This document shows positions 10,101 through 19,235 of a stretch of 56,238 nt of DNA, piece after piece (within the stretch, counting starts at the first letter, position 1; every line of letters begins with the position of its first letter). Source of the stretch: an uncultured delta proteobacterium (GTDB lineage Bacteria; Desulfobacterota; Binatia; JACPRU01). The stretch is from positions 1 through 56,238 of the forward strand of contig CAVPWJ010000057.1 of assembly GCA_963708955.1 (NCBI GenBank), in the 5' to 3' direction. The notes under the pieces were generated by a model that was not told the origin of the DNA, made no database searches, and saw only the letters and a list, made by a program, of their open reading frames with translations. Made by a program: the position numbers and the translations under genes.

Positions 10101-12882
10101 GAAGCGGCTCGCCGTCGACCTGGTCATCCTGAACGAAAAGGGCACATCCTACGCGCAGGATCTCCAGACGTCGCTGGAGGAAATGCTTCGCACGAATGAG
10201 GCGAAGCACCAGCAGCACGACGGATTCGAAAGCCGAGGCGGGGTCTTCATCCTGCGCGCGGACCGCCTCCCGCCCGCGGATCGCATCCTCTTGCAGAGCA
10301 CCGCACGCGCAGTGCTGCTCAGTCGGCGGGGCACGCTCGCCGAGCAGGTCTCACGCGCACCCCATCCAGAGGTCGCGCATTCCGCCGGCGAGCGGCGGCC
10401 CGGCGCTGCGCCGCTCGCCGAAGAGACGCCGCCTTCAGATGATCTCGAGTTCTTCAACGGCCTCGGCGGCTTCGCCGCAAACGGCCGAGCGTACCGCACG
10501 GTTCTTGGCGAAGGACAGTGGACGCCAGCGCCGTGGAGCAACGTCATCGCGAACCCGTCCTTCGGCTTTCAGGTGTCGGAATCTGGCGCCGGGTACACGT
10601 GGTCGACGAACAGCCGCGAGAATCAGTTGACGCCTTGGTCGAACGACCCCGTGAGCGACACGCCCGGCGAGGCGATGTACGTGCGGGACGAGGAGAGCGG
10701 CGACATCTGGGGCCCGACGGCGTTGCCGATCCGCGAGGACGCCTGGCCGTACGTCGCGACCCACGGTCCAGGGTACAGCCGCTTCGAGCATGCGTCCCAC
10801 GGGATCGCGCTCGAGCTCCTTCAGCTCGTGCCACCGGAAGACCCAATCAAAGTCTCACGTCTCACCATCGAGAACCGCTCGGGAACGCGGCGGCACCTCT
10901 CCATCACGGCCTACGTCGAGTGGGCGCTCGGCGCCAGCCGGAGCTCGTCTGCACCATTCATCGTGACCGAGCACGACCGCGAGACCGGGGCGCTCTTCGC
11001 CCGCAACTTCTGGAATGCCGAGTTCGCGGGCCGTGTCGCGTTCGCGGACCTCGGAGGGCGGCAGACGTCCTGGACGGCGGACCGTACGGAGTTTCTCGGG
11101 AGAAACGGCACGCTCGATCATCCGGCGGCGCTGGAGCAAAGCCGGCCGCTCACCGGAGCCGCGGGCGCGGGCATCGATCCGTGCGGTGCGCTCCAGACGA
11201 CGGTCGATCTCGATGCGGGCGAGCGGATCGATCTCTCTTTCCTTCTCGGCGAGGGCGCGAACACCGCCGAAGCACGCTCGCTGATCGATCGCTACCGGAC
11301 AGCCGACATCGACGCCTTGTGGAAGACCGCAACCTCGAGATGGGAGGATGTCCTCGGAGCCGTCCAGGTGAAGACGCCCGACCGATCGATGGACGTGCTC
11401 CTGAACGGCTGGCTCCTCTATCAGACGCTCGCCTGTCGACTGTGGGCTCGGGCGGCACTCTATCAAGCGGGCGGTGCGTACGGCTTCCGCGATCAGCTCC
11501 AGGACGCGATGGCCCTCACCGTATCCGCGCCCGCACATCTTCGCGAGCAGCTCCTCCGGGCTGCGGCACGGCAGTTCGTCGAGGGCGACGTCCAGCACTG
11601 GTGGCACCCACCTTCGGGCCGCGGCGTCCGGACCCGGATCTCCGACGACCTCCTGTGGTTACCCTACGCAGCCACGCACTACCTCGAAGTGACGGGTGAT
11701 CTCGCCGTGCTCGACGAGCGCGTGCCCTTTCTCGACGGACCGAAACTCGATCCAGGCCACGACGACGCGTACTTCCAGCCCACACCATCGCGCGAATCGG
11801 CGACTCTGTTCGAGCACTGCGCGCGCACGCTCGACCGGAGCCTCGCCGTCGGCCGCCACGGTCTCCCGCTCATCGGCTCGGGCGACTGGAACGACGGCAT
11901 GAACCGCGTCGGCTCCCGGGGCGAGGGCGAGAGCGTGTGGCTTGGCTGGTTCCTCCACGCGACACTCCGCGGGTTCGCCCGCTTCGCCGATCTCCGGGGG
12001 GAGACCGAGCGTGCCGAGCGCTGGCGCCACCACGCGGGTGCTCTCGATACCGCGATCGAGCGCGAGGCGTGGGACGGCGAGTGGTATCGTCGTGGCTACT
12101 TCGACGACGGAACGCCTCTCGGGTCCGCGGAAAACACGGAGTGCCGTATCGACTCGATCGCGCAGTCCTGGGCGGTCATCTCGGGGGCCGCGGACCGGGT
12201 GCGCGCTGCACGCGCGATGGCGGCGGTTGAAGAGCACCTGGTGAGGCGCGACGATGGCCTCGTCGCTCTCTTCGCACCGCCCTTCGACCACTCGCTTCCC
12301 GACCCGGGTTACGTCAAGGCCTACGTGCCCGGGGTCCGCGAGAACGGCGGCCAGTACACCCATGCCGCGGCATGGGTCGTCGTCGCCTTCGCGGAGATGG
12401 GCGAGGGCGACAAGGCCCACGAGATCTTCGCGCTCTTGAACCCGATCCATCATGCCCGCACGCGTGCCGGCGTCCGCCGCTACAGGGTCGAGCCCTACGT
12501 GATCGCGGCCGATGTGTACGCATCTCCACCGCACGTCGGCCGCGGCGGGTGGACCTGGTACACGGGCTCAGCCGGCTGGCTCTACCGCGCGGGGATCGAG
12601 TGGATCCTCGGACTTCGCCTACGCGGCAAGGAGCTCTGGATCGACCCATGCATCCCGCGCGAATGGCCCGGATACGAGATGACTTTGCGCTATCGGTCTT
12701 CCCGGTACGCGATCGTCGTCGAGAACCCGCATGGCGCGACGCGCGGGGTGGCGAGCGTGGAGCTGGACGGCACTCAAATCGCCCCGCTCGTCGAGGGAAT
12801 GGTCGGCGCACGAGCAGAGTTGCCGCTCGTCGATGACGGAGCCACACATAAGGTGCGGGTCGTGCTCGGACGCAGATCGTGA
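4117..12882 (+). CDS. ndvB: Cyclic beta-1,2-glucan synthase (GT84 glycosyltransferase + GH94 phosphorylase-like domains; NdvB/ChvB/Cgs type)
   Basis: Uninterrupted 2,921-aa ORF. N-terminus has ..[25 protein letters not shown].. A multi-TM region precedes the GT motifs [15 protein letters not shown] and [13 protein letters not shown]. The C-terminal half is GH94/cellobiose-phosphorylase-like (..[31 protein letters not shown].., ..[17 protein letters not shown]..). The GTG start at 4117 is uncertain. Confidence 0.9.
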   Translation: MREPPRRGNGRSALLLGASWRFVTGRPSSIKAAVDLEEPIRAELFGTERLEQHAETLARAQRVTTGRRRGRSVVPRVEENGRSLLKSYRAEAQAIREGRSITPAAEWLVDNFHIVEEQIREIHDDLPPSFYRELPKLVEGHLEGFPRVLGIAWAFVAHTDSRFDPEMLHRFVRAYQRVAPLTIGELWAVAIALRIVLVENLRRLAERIVRSRAAREEADGLADGLLGVPGRTRLSPATALRRFEDVPLARAFAVQLAQRLREQDPAVMPALRWLDERLAEQRTTVDNLVDIELQSQGAANVTVRNVISSMRFMSVFDWESFFEGVSLVDETLRGGAEFSAMDFQTRDRYRHAVEEIARGSGRSELEVSAEALRRAQRPSGDAGGGPGDRQGDPGYYLIAKGRSGFEADLGCRISPMRRVLRAYVTTANPGYVLTLAVVSVALVALPLSQLGAAGIGPASAIFLAILLLFPASDLAVALVNRAVTEIIGPRSLPKLELRDGVPASLRTIVVVPTLLTSEDEIHELIDRLEVHYLATPDGAVHFALLSDWTDSTVEHAPGDDDLLAAATAGIARLNALHGAVPGGGQRFFLLHRRRVWNESERKWMGWERKRGKLRELNRLLRRGADTTFVPFPDGASPMPPDIRYVITLDADTRLTRGAAVRLVGTMAHPLNRPRLDPAESRVVEGYGLLQPRITSSLPTRSDASLFQRIFSGPSGIDPYASAISDVYQDLFHEGSYTGKGIYDLDVFEAALAGRVQENALLSHDLFEGIFARAGLVTDIELFEDFPSHYEVAAARQHRWARGDWQLLPWVLGHARDGSGRLVRTSIPAIGKWKLLDNLRRSLSSPAAFLTLLVGWTLPGASPAVWTSFVLASIAIPALLPFFLGIVPRRRGIAKRMHAHAVAMDLALAVSHVAVAVTMLAHQGWLMIDAVVRSLARLYVTRRRLLEWMPAARARSGLDLTLKGVYTRLASAPALAGGAAAIVLLAHPASASIATPFLFLWAFSPAVALWVSLPPRGAGTPSLSAENVRTLRLIARRTWRFFETFVGPEDHELPPDNFQEEPRPVVAHRTSPTNLGMALLSTVAARDLGWIGTVDMVERLEATLGTMSRLERFRGHFYNWYDTRDLRPLEPKYVSSVDSGNLAGHLLALSNACRELIDQPLLDARVREGILDAVLLTRASVDALGDQRRPELVSRKHLDDALKTFAAGLESVPSTPVQWSARLVELQASADNVVDIARALLGEAPDTAEAEILAWADAARASVASHARDLELLPVSAWRAADVAGGSMSSLGAMAERCEAAIAGAAEVAVGDLERAADALVRRLSTLARRADDLFHGMEFGFLFDPVRKLFAIGYRVSDGSLDPNCYDLLASEARLTSFIAIAKGDVPSTHWFRLGRALTPVDRGSALVSWSGSMFEYLMPSLVLSSPPSSLFDLTCRLVVRRQIEYGRKRGVAWGVSESAFNARDLEHTYQYSSFGVPGLGLKRGLSEDVVIAPYATALAAMVDPEAAVKNFARIETAGGSGRYGFYEALDYTPTRVPEGASVAVVHAYMAHHQGMTLVALANVLSGGIMQARFHAEPIVRATELLLQERTPRDVLVARPRAEEVEAAAHVRDVIPPTLRRFHSPHDPTPRTHLLSNGRYVVMITAAGSGYSRWRDLAVTRWREDVTRDCWGTYVFLRDVASGEVWSAGYQPSGAEPTSYEVAYSEDRAQIVRRDGAITSTLEVVVSPEDDAELRRVSLTNSGLRTREIELTSYAEIVLAPPGADAAHPAFSNLFVQTEFAAALNALLATRRPRHTGEAQIWAVHVLAVEGETVGEVEFETDRARFLGHGRGIRTPMSVIDGHPLSGTVGSVLDPIVSLRRRVRIPSGGAVRVTFSTVVATTRDEALGLADKYSAPSAFERVATLAWTQAQVQLHHLGVGTDEAHLFQRLANRVLYSDPTLRPAPDALARNTLGQVALWPYGISGDLPIVLVRIDEPEDREIVRQCLRAHEYWRTKRLAVDLVILNEKGTSYAQDLQTSLEEMLRTNEAKHQQHDGFESRGGVFILRADRLPPADRILLQSTARAVLLSRRGTLAEQVSRAPHPEVAHSAGERRPGAAPLAEETPPSDDLEFFNGLGGFAANGRAYRTVLGEGQWTPAPWSNVIANPSFGFQVSESGAGYTWSTNSRENQLTPWSNDPVSDTPGEAMYVRDEESGDIWGPTALPIREDAWPYVATHGPGYSRFEHASHGIALELLQLVPPEDPIKVSRLTIENRSGTRRHLSITAYVEWALGASRSSSAPFIVTEHDRETGALFARNFWNAEFAGRVAFADLGGRQTSWTADRTEFLGRNGTLDHPAALEQSRPLTGAAGAGIDPCGALQTTVDLDAGERIDLSFLLGEGANTAEARSLIDRYRTADIDALWKTATSRWEDVLGAVQVKTPDRSMDVLLNGWLLYQTLACRLWARAALYQAGGAYGFRDQLQDAMALTVSAPAHLREQLLRAAARQFVEGDVQHWWHPPSGRGVRTRISDDLLWLPYAATHYLEVTGDLAVLDERVPFLDGPKLDPGHDDAYFQPTPSRESATLFEHCARTLDRSLAVGRHGLPLIGSGDWNDGMNRVGSRGEGESVWLGWFLHATLRGFARFADLRGETERAERWRHHAGALDTAIEREAWDGEWYRRGYFDDGTPLGSAENTECRIDSIAQSWAVISGAADRVRAARAMAAVEEHLVRRDDGLVALFAPPFDHSLPDPGYVKAYVPGVRENGGQYTHAAAWVVVAFAEMGEGDKAHEIFALLNPIHHARTRAGVRRYRVEPYVIAADVYASPPHVGRGGWTWYTGSAGWLYRAGIEWILGLRLRGKELWIDPCIPREWPGYEMTLRYRSSRYAIVVENPHGATRGVASVELDGTQIAPLVEGMVGARAELPLVDDGATHKVRVVLGRRS

Positions 12883-12935
12883 ACGTGTCTCTCGATGCTT
12901 CCCGAGACCGCGCACCGTTTCCGCGACGGCGTCGC

Positions 12936-14354
12936 TCACGGATGGCGGTAGGCGGTGAACTCGATCAGCCGGTCGATGCCCTCCCCCCACTCGGCCTGCC
13001 ACCGCTCGGCGATCTCGTCGGCGGCCGATCGGCCGAGCGCGAGCTGGCCGTCGAGCCCGTCGAGGTAGATGGTCTCGTTCTCGCCGCGTCCGTTCCTCAC
13101 GTTCTGGCGCTCGAGACCGACGCGGGCGATCGCCGCGAGCTCGCGGGCGAGGTCGAGGAGGCGGATGCCGCGGATGCGCGCCGCCAGCGCCTCGCGGTGG
13201 GAGAGATCGTAGATCTCCTGGCGCTCGGACCAACTCCAGGCTTTCACCAGATCCCAGGCGCCGAGCAGGCAATCGTCGTCGTAGAACACGCCTTTGACCA
13301 GCGCGGGCAGCGCCAGCATCCGCTCCGGCGGCTGGCTGTCGACTGAGCGGATCTCGATGTAGGTCTTCAGGCGCACTTCGGGAAAGAGCGTGGTCAGGTG
13401 GAGCTGCCAGTCGGCCATCGTCGCATGGTGGCCGGCCGCGCCGTGCTTCAGGAACTCGCGAAACGGCAGGCCGGTCAGGTCGACGAAGCGACCATCGCGG
13501 CGGATGAAGTACATTGGCACGTCGAGCGCCCAGTCCGCGTAGTCCTCGAAGCCGGCCTCGCGCGCGAACACGAACGGAAGCAGCCCGCAGCGGTTGCGGT
13601 CGGTGTCGGTCCACACGTGCTGGCGGAAGCTCATGAAGGCGGTGCGGCGGCCATCGCAGATCGGCGAGTTCGCGAAAGCGGCGGTCAGGATCGGTGACAG
13701 GCCCATCGCCACGCGCATCTTCTCCATCGCGTTGCGCTCGCCGTCGAAGTCGATGTTCGCCTGGACGGTCGCCGTCTGCTTCATCATGCGATGCCCGAGC
13801 GTGCCGACCTTGGTCATGTACGGCGCCATGATCCGATAGCGGGCCTTCGGCACCCATTCGATGTCGTCGAGCGTGCTGAGAGGCTGGATGCCGAGGCCGA
13901 GGAAGGCAAGGCCGAGATCGTCGCCGACGGTGACGATCTCGTTCACGTGGTCGCTGAGCTCCTCTTGCGCGCAGTGAATGCTCTCGCAGGCCTCGCCCGA
14001 GAGCTCGAGCTGGCCGCCCGGCTCGAGCGTGATCGTCGCCTTGCGGCCCTCGAGGGCGACCACGTGCTCGCCATCCAGGCGCGGAGTCCAGCCGAAGCGA
14101 TCGGCCAGGCGCCGCAGCACCGCCTCGATGCCTCTCGGCCCGAAATAGCGCGCCGCCCGGCCGGTCTTGCGGTCGACGCAGACCTTCTCGTACTCGGTAC
14201 CGACCCGCCACTGACTGCGCGGCTTGGCTCCGCCGGCAAAGTACTCGATCAGCGCGTCGCGCCGCGTGACCGGAGCTTCGAGCGCGGCGTCGGCCTGCAC
14301 GAGGTCGGACATCCTTTCCCCATACAGCGGCGCCACCGCCGTTGCCAGCGGCAC
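12936..14354 (-). CDS. gshA: Glutamate--cysteine ligase, plant/alpha-proteobacterial type (GCS2)
   Basis: 472-aa ORF. ..RDALIEYFAGGAKPRSQWRVGTEYEKVCVD.., ..ITLEPGGQLELSGE.. and ..RSVDSQPPE.. are typical of the plant-type gamma-glutamylcysteine synthetase family. Start uncertain: GTG at 14354 or ATG at 14312. Confidence 0.85.
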   Translation of the reverse strand: MPLATAVAPLYGERMSDLVQADAALEAPVTRRDALIEYFAGGAKPRSQWRVGTEYEKVCVDRKTGRAARYFGPRGIEAVLRRLADRFGWTPRLDGEHVVALEGRKATITLEPGGQLELSGEACESIHCAQEELSDHVNEIVTVGDDLGLAFLGLGIQPLSTLDDIEWVPKARYRIMAPYMTKVGTLGHRMMKQTATVQANIDFDGERNAMEKMRVAMGLSPILTAAFANSPICDGRRTAFMSFRQHVWTDTDRNRCGLLPFVFAREAGFEDYADWALDVPMYFIRRDGRFVDLTGLPFREFLKHGAAGHHATMADWQLHLTTLFPEVRLKTYIEIRSVDSQPPERMLALPALVKGVFYDDDCLLGAWDLVKAWSWSERQEIYDLSHREALAARIRGIRLLDLARELAAIARVGLERQNVRNGRGENETIYLDGLDGQLALGRSAADEIAERWQAEWGEGIDRLIEFTAYRHP

Positions 14355-14518
14355 GGCCCTCGATGATCGGGGGGAGATCGTCCACTACCTCGAGATCATG
14401 GACCCCCAGGGCGATCGGGCCTGCCATGCGGATCCCGCATGGGATTGCCAATAACCCGCCGAGCGTCCGGGGCGATGCGAAAATTTGACTCGGCGCCGCG
14501 GTAAGACTAGACGCCAGA

Positions 14519-15745
14519 ATGATGCTCTCAGTGCGCGAAGCGCTCGACGAGATCCTGCGCTCGGTGCCACGGCTCGGTGCCGAGCGAGTCGGATTGCTGA
14601 ACGCCGTCGGCCGCGTGCTCGCCGAAGACGTCCGCTCGCTGCGCGACGTGCCCGGCTACGCGAATTCGGCGATGGACGGATACGCGGTCCGCCATCGCGA
14701 CCTCGGCCGGCTGCCGGCGCGGCTGCGGGTGACCGGCACGGCGGCCGCGGGCGCCGAGGAGATTCCACCGGTCGGCGCCGCCGAGGCGATAAGCATCATG
14801 ACCGGAGCGCCGATTCCCGCCGGCGCCGACACGGTCGTGCGCGTGGAAGACACCCGGCGCGAGGGCGACGACGTCGTCGTCGAGACGCACGGGCCGGCGG
14901 GCGACCACATCCGCCTGGCCGGCGAGGACGTGCGCGCCGGGGCGGTCGTGCTCATCCGCGGCCGCCGGCTCGCCCCGGCGGACATCGGCCTCGCTGGCTC
15001 GGTCGGGCGCACGCTGCTGCTCGTCCACCGACGGCCGCGCGTGGCGATCCTCTCCACCGGCAACGAGCTCGTCGAGGCCGACCACGCGGTCGCTCCCGGG
15101 CAGGTCGTCAACAGCAACGCATACGCGCTGGCCGCCGCGGTCACCGAGGCCGGCGGCATCCCGCTACCGCTGGCGATCGCCCGCGACACGCGCGAGGAGA
15201 TCCGCGACGCGTTCGACGAAGCCGCGCGCGCCGACGCGATCCTCTCGACCGGCGGCGTCTCGGTCGGCGACTTCGACTTCGTGAAAACCGTGATGGATGA
15301 GATCGGCGTCGAGCGCCTGTTCTGGAAGGTCGCGCAGAAGCCCGGCAAGCCGCTGACGTTCGGCACGCTCGGCGGCCGGCCGTACTTCGGGCTGCCAGGC
15401 AACCCGGTGTCTTCGCTCGTCTGCTTCTACCTCTATGCTCGGCCGGCGCTCCGCCGCATGCTGGGCCACGCCGGCGTACACCTTCCGAGCATCGAGGCGG
15501 CGCTCGCGCACGACGTGAAGAAGACTCAAGGCAGGACCGAGTTCATCCGCTGCCGGCTCGAGCGCCAGGGCGAACGATGGAGCGCCACCTCGACCGGAAC
15601 ACAGAGCTCCGCCGTGCTGAGCTCGATGTCGCAAGGCCAGGGCCTGATCGTCGCTCCGGCGAAAGACTCGGTGCTGCCCGCCGGCTCGACGGTGCGGGTC
15701 ATCTTGCTCGATGCCGAGGCCGCGTCCGAAGAGCCACCGTTTTAG
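14519..15745 (+). CDS. moeA: Molybdopterin molybdenumtransferase MoeA
   Basis: 408 aa. N-terminus is LSVREALDEILRSV. It carries the PGYANSAMDGYAV motif, the MoCF-biosynthesis domain (ILSTGNELV.., LSTGGVSVGDFDF) and GLPGNPVSS. Confidence 0.9.
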   Translation: MMLSVREALDEILRSVPRLGAERVGLLNAVGRVLAEDVRSLRDVPGYANSAMDGYAVRHRDLGRLPARLRVTGTAAAGAEEIPPVGAAEAISIMTGAPIPAGADTVVRVEDTRREGDDVVVETHGPAGDHIRLAGEDVRAGAVVLIRGRRLAPADIGLAGSVGRTLLLVHRRPRVAILSTGNELVEADHAVAPGQVVNSNAYALAAAVTEAGGIPLPLAIARDTREEIRDAFDEAARADAILSTGGVSVGDFDFVKTVMDEIGVERLFWKVAQKPGKPLTFGTLGGRPYFGLPGNPVSSLVCFYLYARPALRRMLGHAGVHLPSIEAALAHDVKKTQGRTEFIRCRLERQGERWSATSTGTQSSAVLSSMSQGQGLIVAPAKDSVLPAGSTVRVILLDAEAASEEPPF

Positions 15746-15783
15746 CCAAGCCGACGAGCGAGCCGCCGCGACCCATCGCGCGG

Positions 15784-15805
15784 CCGAGCCGGACCGGCGG
15801 CTCGG
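15784..15805. terminator. Hairpin between convergent moeA and tRNA-Cys
   Basis: CCGAGCC-ggaccggc-GGCTCGG, a 7-bp perfect stem. No clear U-tract. Confidence 0.4.
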
Positions 15806-15811
15806 GGAGAA

Positions 15812-15883
15812 AGGCGGCGTCCGGAATTGAACCGGAGTAAGAGGTTTTGCAGACCTCTGCCTGAACCACTCGGCCACGCCGCC
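15812..15883 (-). tRNA. tRNA-Cys (anticodon GCA)
   Basis: Minus strand reads GGCGGCGTGGCCGAGTGGTTCAGGCAGAGGTCTGCAAAACCTCTTACTCCGGTTCAATTCCGGACGCCGCCT and was folded by hand. Acceptor stem is 7 bp (GGCGGCG/CGCCGCC). Anticodon stem is GAGGT/ACCTC with loop CTGCAAA. T-arm is TCCGG-TTCAATT-CCGGA. Discriminator is U. CCA is not encoded. Confidence 0.85.
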
Positions 15884-16015
15884 GTGCGCTGACGGGTCGC
15901 TTAACTTACGCGGTCACTGCCTCCCGCGCAACATCGGGCTGTCGTGAAATCGGTTGGAAAATTTTCGCGATCTACTCGACGAGCGCGAGCGTCTTCCAGC
16001 CGCCGTCACCGCCAA

Positions 16016-16309
16016 TCAGCTCCACGAGCCCAGGGTCTCGTGGTGGAGCGGGCACCGACAACGTGGGCACGGCACACTGACGGAGGTGCCCTCGAGTCGA
16101 GTCAGAGGACCTCCACAGTGTGCACAACGCGGTTCATCGCCAGCTCTTCCCCGCGTGGCGGCGATATCTGCGACCCCGATCTCGCCGCAGGGATCGCAGC
16201 GAACGAGCCCTCCCCAGAAAGTCGCCCGGCCGGCCTTCCCCCAACCGACGCGAAGTGGTCCACTCGAAAAAGTGCATGCTGTGCAGCGATATTCTACGAC
16301 CGATCCCAA
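16016..16309 (-). CDS. Hypothetical zinc-ribbon protein (97 aa)
   Basis: ORF with three Cys pairs: CTAC, CDPC, CAHC, then CPRCRC (YRCTAC...VRCDPCGE...PRCAHCGG...VPCPRCRCP). TTG start, lower GC than surroundings, no family recognised. Confidence 0.4.
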   Translation of the reverse strand: MGSVVEYRCTACTFSSGPLRVGWGKAGRATFWGGLVRCDPCGEIGVADIAATRGRAGDEPRCAHCGGPLTRLEGTSVSVPCPRCRCPLHHETLGSWS

Positions 16310-16354
16310 GCCGACCTCCTGATTCTCACGAAAACTGATCGCCGCCGGTCTTTG

Positions 16355-16466
16355 TCAGCATTGCCGCGCCGCTCGATCGACGATGACGGCTGCGGACTCA
16401 CGAGTCTCGCCCTGCGCGAACAGCTCTTGGTGACTTCGTAGCCGTTGAGTAGTCGTACGAGCCGGG
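16355..16466 (-). pseudogene. Decayed tandem paralogue of the adjacent RRM RNA-binding protein gene
   Basis: The nucleotide string GGCTACGAAGTCACCAA[11-nt gap]GAGCTGTTCGCGCAGGGCGAGACTCGTGAGTCCGCAGCCGTCATCGTCGATCG aligns to the functional gene (GGCTACGAGGTCACCAACAAGGATCTGGAAGAGCTATTTGCCCAATCCGGAACCTGCCAATCCGCAGCCGTCATCATGGATCG). It encodes GYEVT..ELFAQGETRESAAVIVDR, then a stop at 16355-16357. Confidence 0.5.
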
Positions 16467-16584
16467 GCGCTGCGGTCCACTCCCTTCCGCGAAATCGAGA
16501 GACCGCAGCGGGTCGCGCGGCTTCCACGCGAAGTGCCTCACTGCTGATTTTCCGCCACCACCTGCCGAAACGAGCCTGCGCGCC

Positions 16585-16875
16585 CTAGTTGCGGCGATCC
16601 CGGAAACTTCCCCCGCCGTGATTGTTTCCACGATCGATCGCCTCGTTCACCTTGAGCGCGCGGCCTTTGAGATCTTGCCCGTTGAACTGCTGGATCGCCT
16701 TCTGGGCCTCGGCGTCGGAACTCATTTCCACGAAGCCGAACCCGCGGGACTGGCCGGAATCACGATCCATGATGACGGCTGCGGATTGGCAGGTTCCGGA
16801 TTGGGCAAATAGCTCTTCCAGATCCTTGTTGGTGACCTCGTAGCCGAGATTGCCGATGTAGAGCTTCCTTCCCAC
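16585..16875 (-). CDS. RRM-domain RNA-binding protein (glycine/arginine tail)
   Basis: RNP2 is KLYIGNL and RNP1 is RGFGFVEM; C-terminal tail is GNNHGGGSFRDRRN. The probable GTG start at 16875 lies 8 nt after GAGGAGG. The ORF-track start at 16935 is probably too long. Confidence 0.85.
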   Translation of the reverse strand: MGRKLYIGNLGYEVTNKDLEELFAQSGTCQSAAVIMDRDSGQSRGFGFVEMSSDAEAQKAIQQFNGQDLKGRALKVNEAIDRGNNHGGGSFRDRRN

Positions 16876-17154
16876 GATGCTGACCTCCTCGCGCCGATAT
16901 GACAACGGGCGTTCAGGTGAGTTGCCGAGCGACAACGATACCTGCTGTCGTTGCCGAGACTTCCTGAGAGTGAGGTGCGGGAGGACTTGGGGAAACTGAT
17001 AGAAACCGTGGGGTTCTCGCGCCGGACAGTCAGGCCTAGTGTTGCGACTATACCACCGCCAGCCCTCGAACGCAATTCAGCGAGCCGGCTACCGGCCGTT
17101 GAAGGCCCGGTTGCTCCCAGCTAAGCTGCCCCCAGGCGAGACATCGCGAGGGAC

Positions 17155-17655
17155 GTGAAGTCAGGCAGGCAGGGTACTAGGTTGACAGCGCGCGACCAAT
17201 GGGACGAGAAGCGGGCGCTTCGCTGCATCCGGGAGCACGAGCACCTGCCCGGTGCGCTCTTGCCAGTACTGCACGCCCTAGCAGAAGCGTTCGGCTACAT
17301 CGACGACCGGGCTATCCCGCTGGTGGCCGACGTGCTGAACGTGTCGCGGGCAGAGGTGGTTGGCGTAGTCAATTTCTATGACGACTTCCGCCAGTCGCCG
17401 CCGGGGCGCCACGTGCTGCGCCTCTGCCGCGCCGAGGCCTGCCAGTCTATGAGCTCCGAATCGATGCTGGCCCACGTCCAGGCGCGCCTCAGCATCGAAC
17501 CCGGGGAAACCACGGCAGATGGGGCCGTTACGCTGGAATCCGTGTACTGCCTCGGCAACTGCGCGCTCGCCCCCGCCCTGATGCTGGATGGGCGCCTCTA
17601 CGGTCGCGTTTCCCGGGACCTCGCCGATGAGCTCCTGGCCCGCGTGCGGTCATGA
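17155..17655 (+). CDS. fdsG: NAD-dependent formate dehydrogenase gamma subunit (NuoE-like 2Fe-2S)
   Basis: Thioredoxin-like 2Fe-2S fold motifs (..LRLCRAEACQSMS.., ..VYCLGNCALAP..). First gene of the fdsGBAD string. Confidence 0.8.
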   Translation: MKSGRQGTRLTARDQWDEKRALRCIREHEHLPGALLPVLHALAEAFGYIDDRAIPLVADVLNVSRAEVVGVVNFYDDFRQSPPGRHVLRLCRAEACQSMSSESMLAHVQARLSIEPGETTADGAVTLESVYCLGNCALAPALMLDGRLYGRVSRDLADELLARVRS

Positions 17656-19235
17656 GCACGCGCGTCTTCGTCCCCTGCGACAGCGGCGCCCTCTCGGTGG
17701 GAGCCGACGAAGTCGCCGCTGCCATCGCACGCGAAGCCGCCGCCCGCGGCCATGAGATCACGCTGGTTCGAACCGGCTCACGCGGCATGTTCTTCCTGGA
17801 GCCCCTGGTGGAAGTCGAAGCGCGCCACGCGCGGACCGCCTACGGGCCAACCACCGCTGCCGACATCCCGGGGCTATTCGACGCTGGCTTCCTCGATGGC
17901 GGCAGCCACCGGCTTCACCTCGGCCCCACGGAAGAGATTTCCTATCTCCAGCGCCAGGAGCGCCTGACCTTCGTGCGTTGCGGTGTCACCGACCCGCTTT
18001 CGCTCGCCGATTACCTCGAACATCGCGGTTATCGCGGCCTGCGGCGCGCGCTCACGCTCAGCCGAGAGGCGGTCGTGGAAGAGGTGATCCATTCCGGACT
18101 GCGTGGCCGAGGGGGCGCTGGCTTCCCCACGGGCATCAAGTGGCGAACTGTCCTCACGGCCGCGGCGGACCAGAAGTACATCGTCTGCAACGCCGATGAG
18201 GGCGATAGCGGAACCTATGCCGACCGCATGCTCATGGAGGGGGACCCCTTCTGCCTGATCGAAGGCATGACGATTGCCGGGGTGGCGGTCGGAGCGACGC
18301 GTGGGTACGTCTACATCCGCTCCGAGTACCCGTATGCCTTCCGGACAATGAAGCGCGCGATCGACGTCGCCAGGGAGGCTGGGTATCTCGGCCCGAACGT
18401 GGCGGGAAGCCAGCACCCGTTCGACATCGATGTGCGCCTTGGGGCGGGAGCGTACATCTGCGGCGAAGAAACGTCGCTGCTCGAAAGCCTGGAGGGCAAG
18501 CGCGGGATCATCCGGCCCAGACCGCCGCTCCCGGCGATCAGCGGGCTGTTCGGGAAGCCGACGGTGGTCAACAACGTGCTGTCGCTTGCCACGGTGCCGC
18601 TCGTCCTGGATCAAGGCGCCTCGTACCACAACGGCTACGGCGTGGGCAGATCCCGGGGCACGCTCGCCGTCCAGCTCGCGGGCAACGTCAGGCAGGCGGG
18701 GCTCGTGGAGAAGGCATTCGGGCTCACCCTGCGTGAAGCCATCTACGATTTCGGCGGAGGCACAGCCTCGGGCCGGCCCGTCCGGGCGGTCCAGGTCGGT
18801 GGACCACTTGGGGCGTACTTCCCGGAAAGCCTGCTCGATACGCCGCTTGACTACGAAGCGATGGCGGCGGCGAAAGGCCTGCTCGGCCACGGCGGTGTCG
18901 TCGTCTTCGATGACACGGTGGACCTCGCGCGGCAGGCGCGGTTCGCCATGGAGTTCTGTGCCCGGGAGAGCTGCGGCAAGTGCACCCCCTGCCGTATCGG
19001 CTCCACGCGCGGGGTCGAAGTCATCGACAGGGTCATCGCCGGCAAGGAACGGCAGGCGAACCTGGAGTTGCTGGGCGATCTCTGCACGCTCATGATCGAT
19101 GCATCGCTCTGCGCCCTCGGTGGCCTCACGCCCACTCCCGTGCTCAGCGCACTGCGGCACTTTCCGGAGGACTTCGACGAGGCCGCGCCCGGAGCGGAAC
19201 GCGCGCCGCAACAGGCCGAGGAGGCACTCCCATGA
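17652..19235 (+). CDS. fdsB: NAD-dependent formate dehydrogenase beta subunit (NuoF-like; FMN/NAD, 4Fe-4S)
   Basis: GRGGAGFPTGIKW, ICGEETSLLESLEG and ESCGKCTPCRIGS motifs. ATGA overlap with fdsG and fdsA. Confidence 0.9.
   Translation: MSTRVFVPCDSGALSVGADEVAAAIAREAAARGHEITLVRTGSRGMFFLEPLVEVEARHARTAYGPTTAADIPGLFDAGFLDGGSHRLHLGPTEEISYLQRQERLTFVRCGVTDPLSLADYLEHRGYRGLRRALTLSREAVVEEVIHSGLRGRGGAGFPTGIKWRTVLTAAADQKYIVCNADEGDSGTYADRMLMEGDPFCLIEGMTIAGVAVGATRGYVYIRSEYPYAFRTMKRAIDVAREAGYLGPNVAGSQHPFDIDVRLGAGAYICGEETSLLESLEGKRGIIRPRPPLPAISGLFGKPTVVNNVLSLATVPLVLDQGASYHNGYGVGRSRGTLAVQLAGNVRQAGLVEKAFGLTLREAIYDFGGGTASGRPVRAVQVGGPLGAYFPESLLDTPLDYEAMAAAKGLLGHGGVVVFDDTVDLARQARFAMEFCARESCGKCTPCRIGSTRGVEVIDRVIAGKERQANLELLGDLCTLMIDASLCALGGLTPTPVLSALRHFPEDFDEAAPGAERAPQQAEEALP

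Noticed and set aside
12619-14451. 610-aa minus-strand ORF overlapping gshA in another frame
   Set aside because: Its composition (runs of R, A, P, G) looks non-coding. The 12936..14354 frame carries the glutamate-cysteine ligase motifs.
14355-14518. Possible Moco riboswitch upstream of moeA (CCGCCGAGCG..CCGAG...CTCGG stem)
   Set aside because: I could not reconstruct the conserved Moco-motif core or its multi-stem architecture by eye. Only a generic 5-bp stem and a TTGACT hexamer are present. A covariance-model scan with the Rfam Moco model would be needed.
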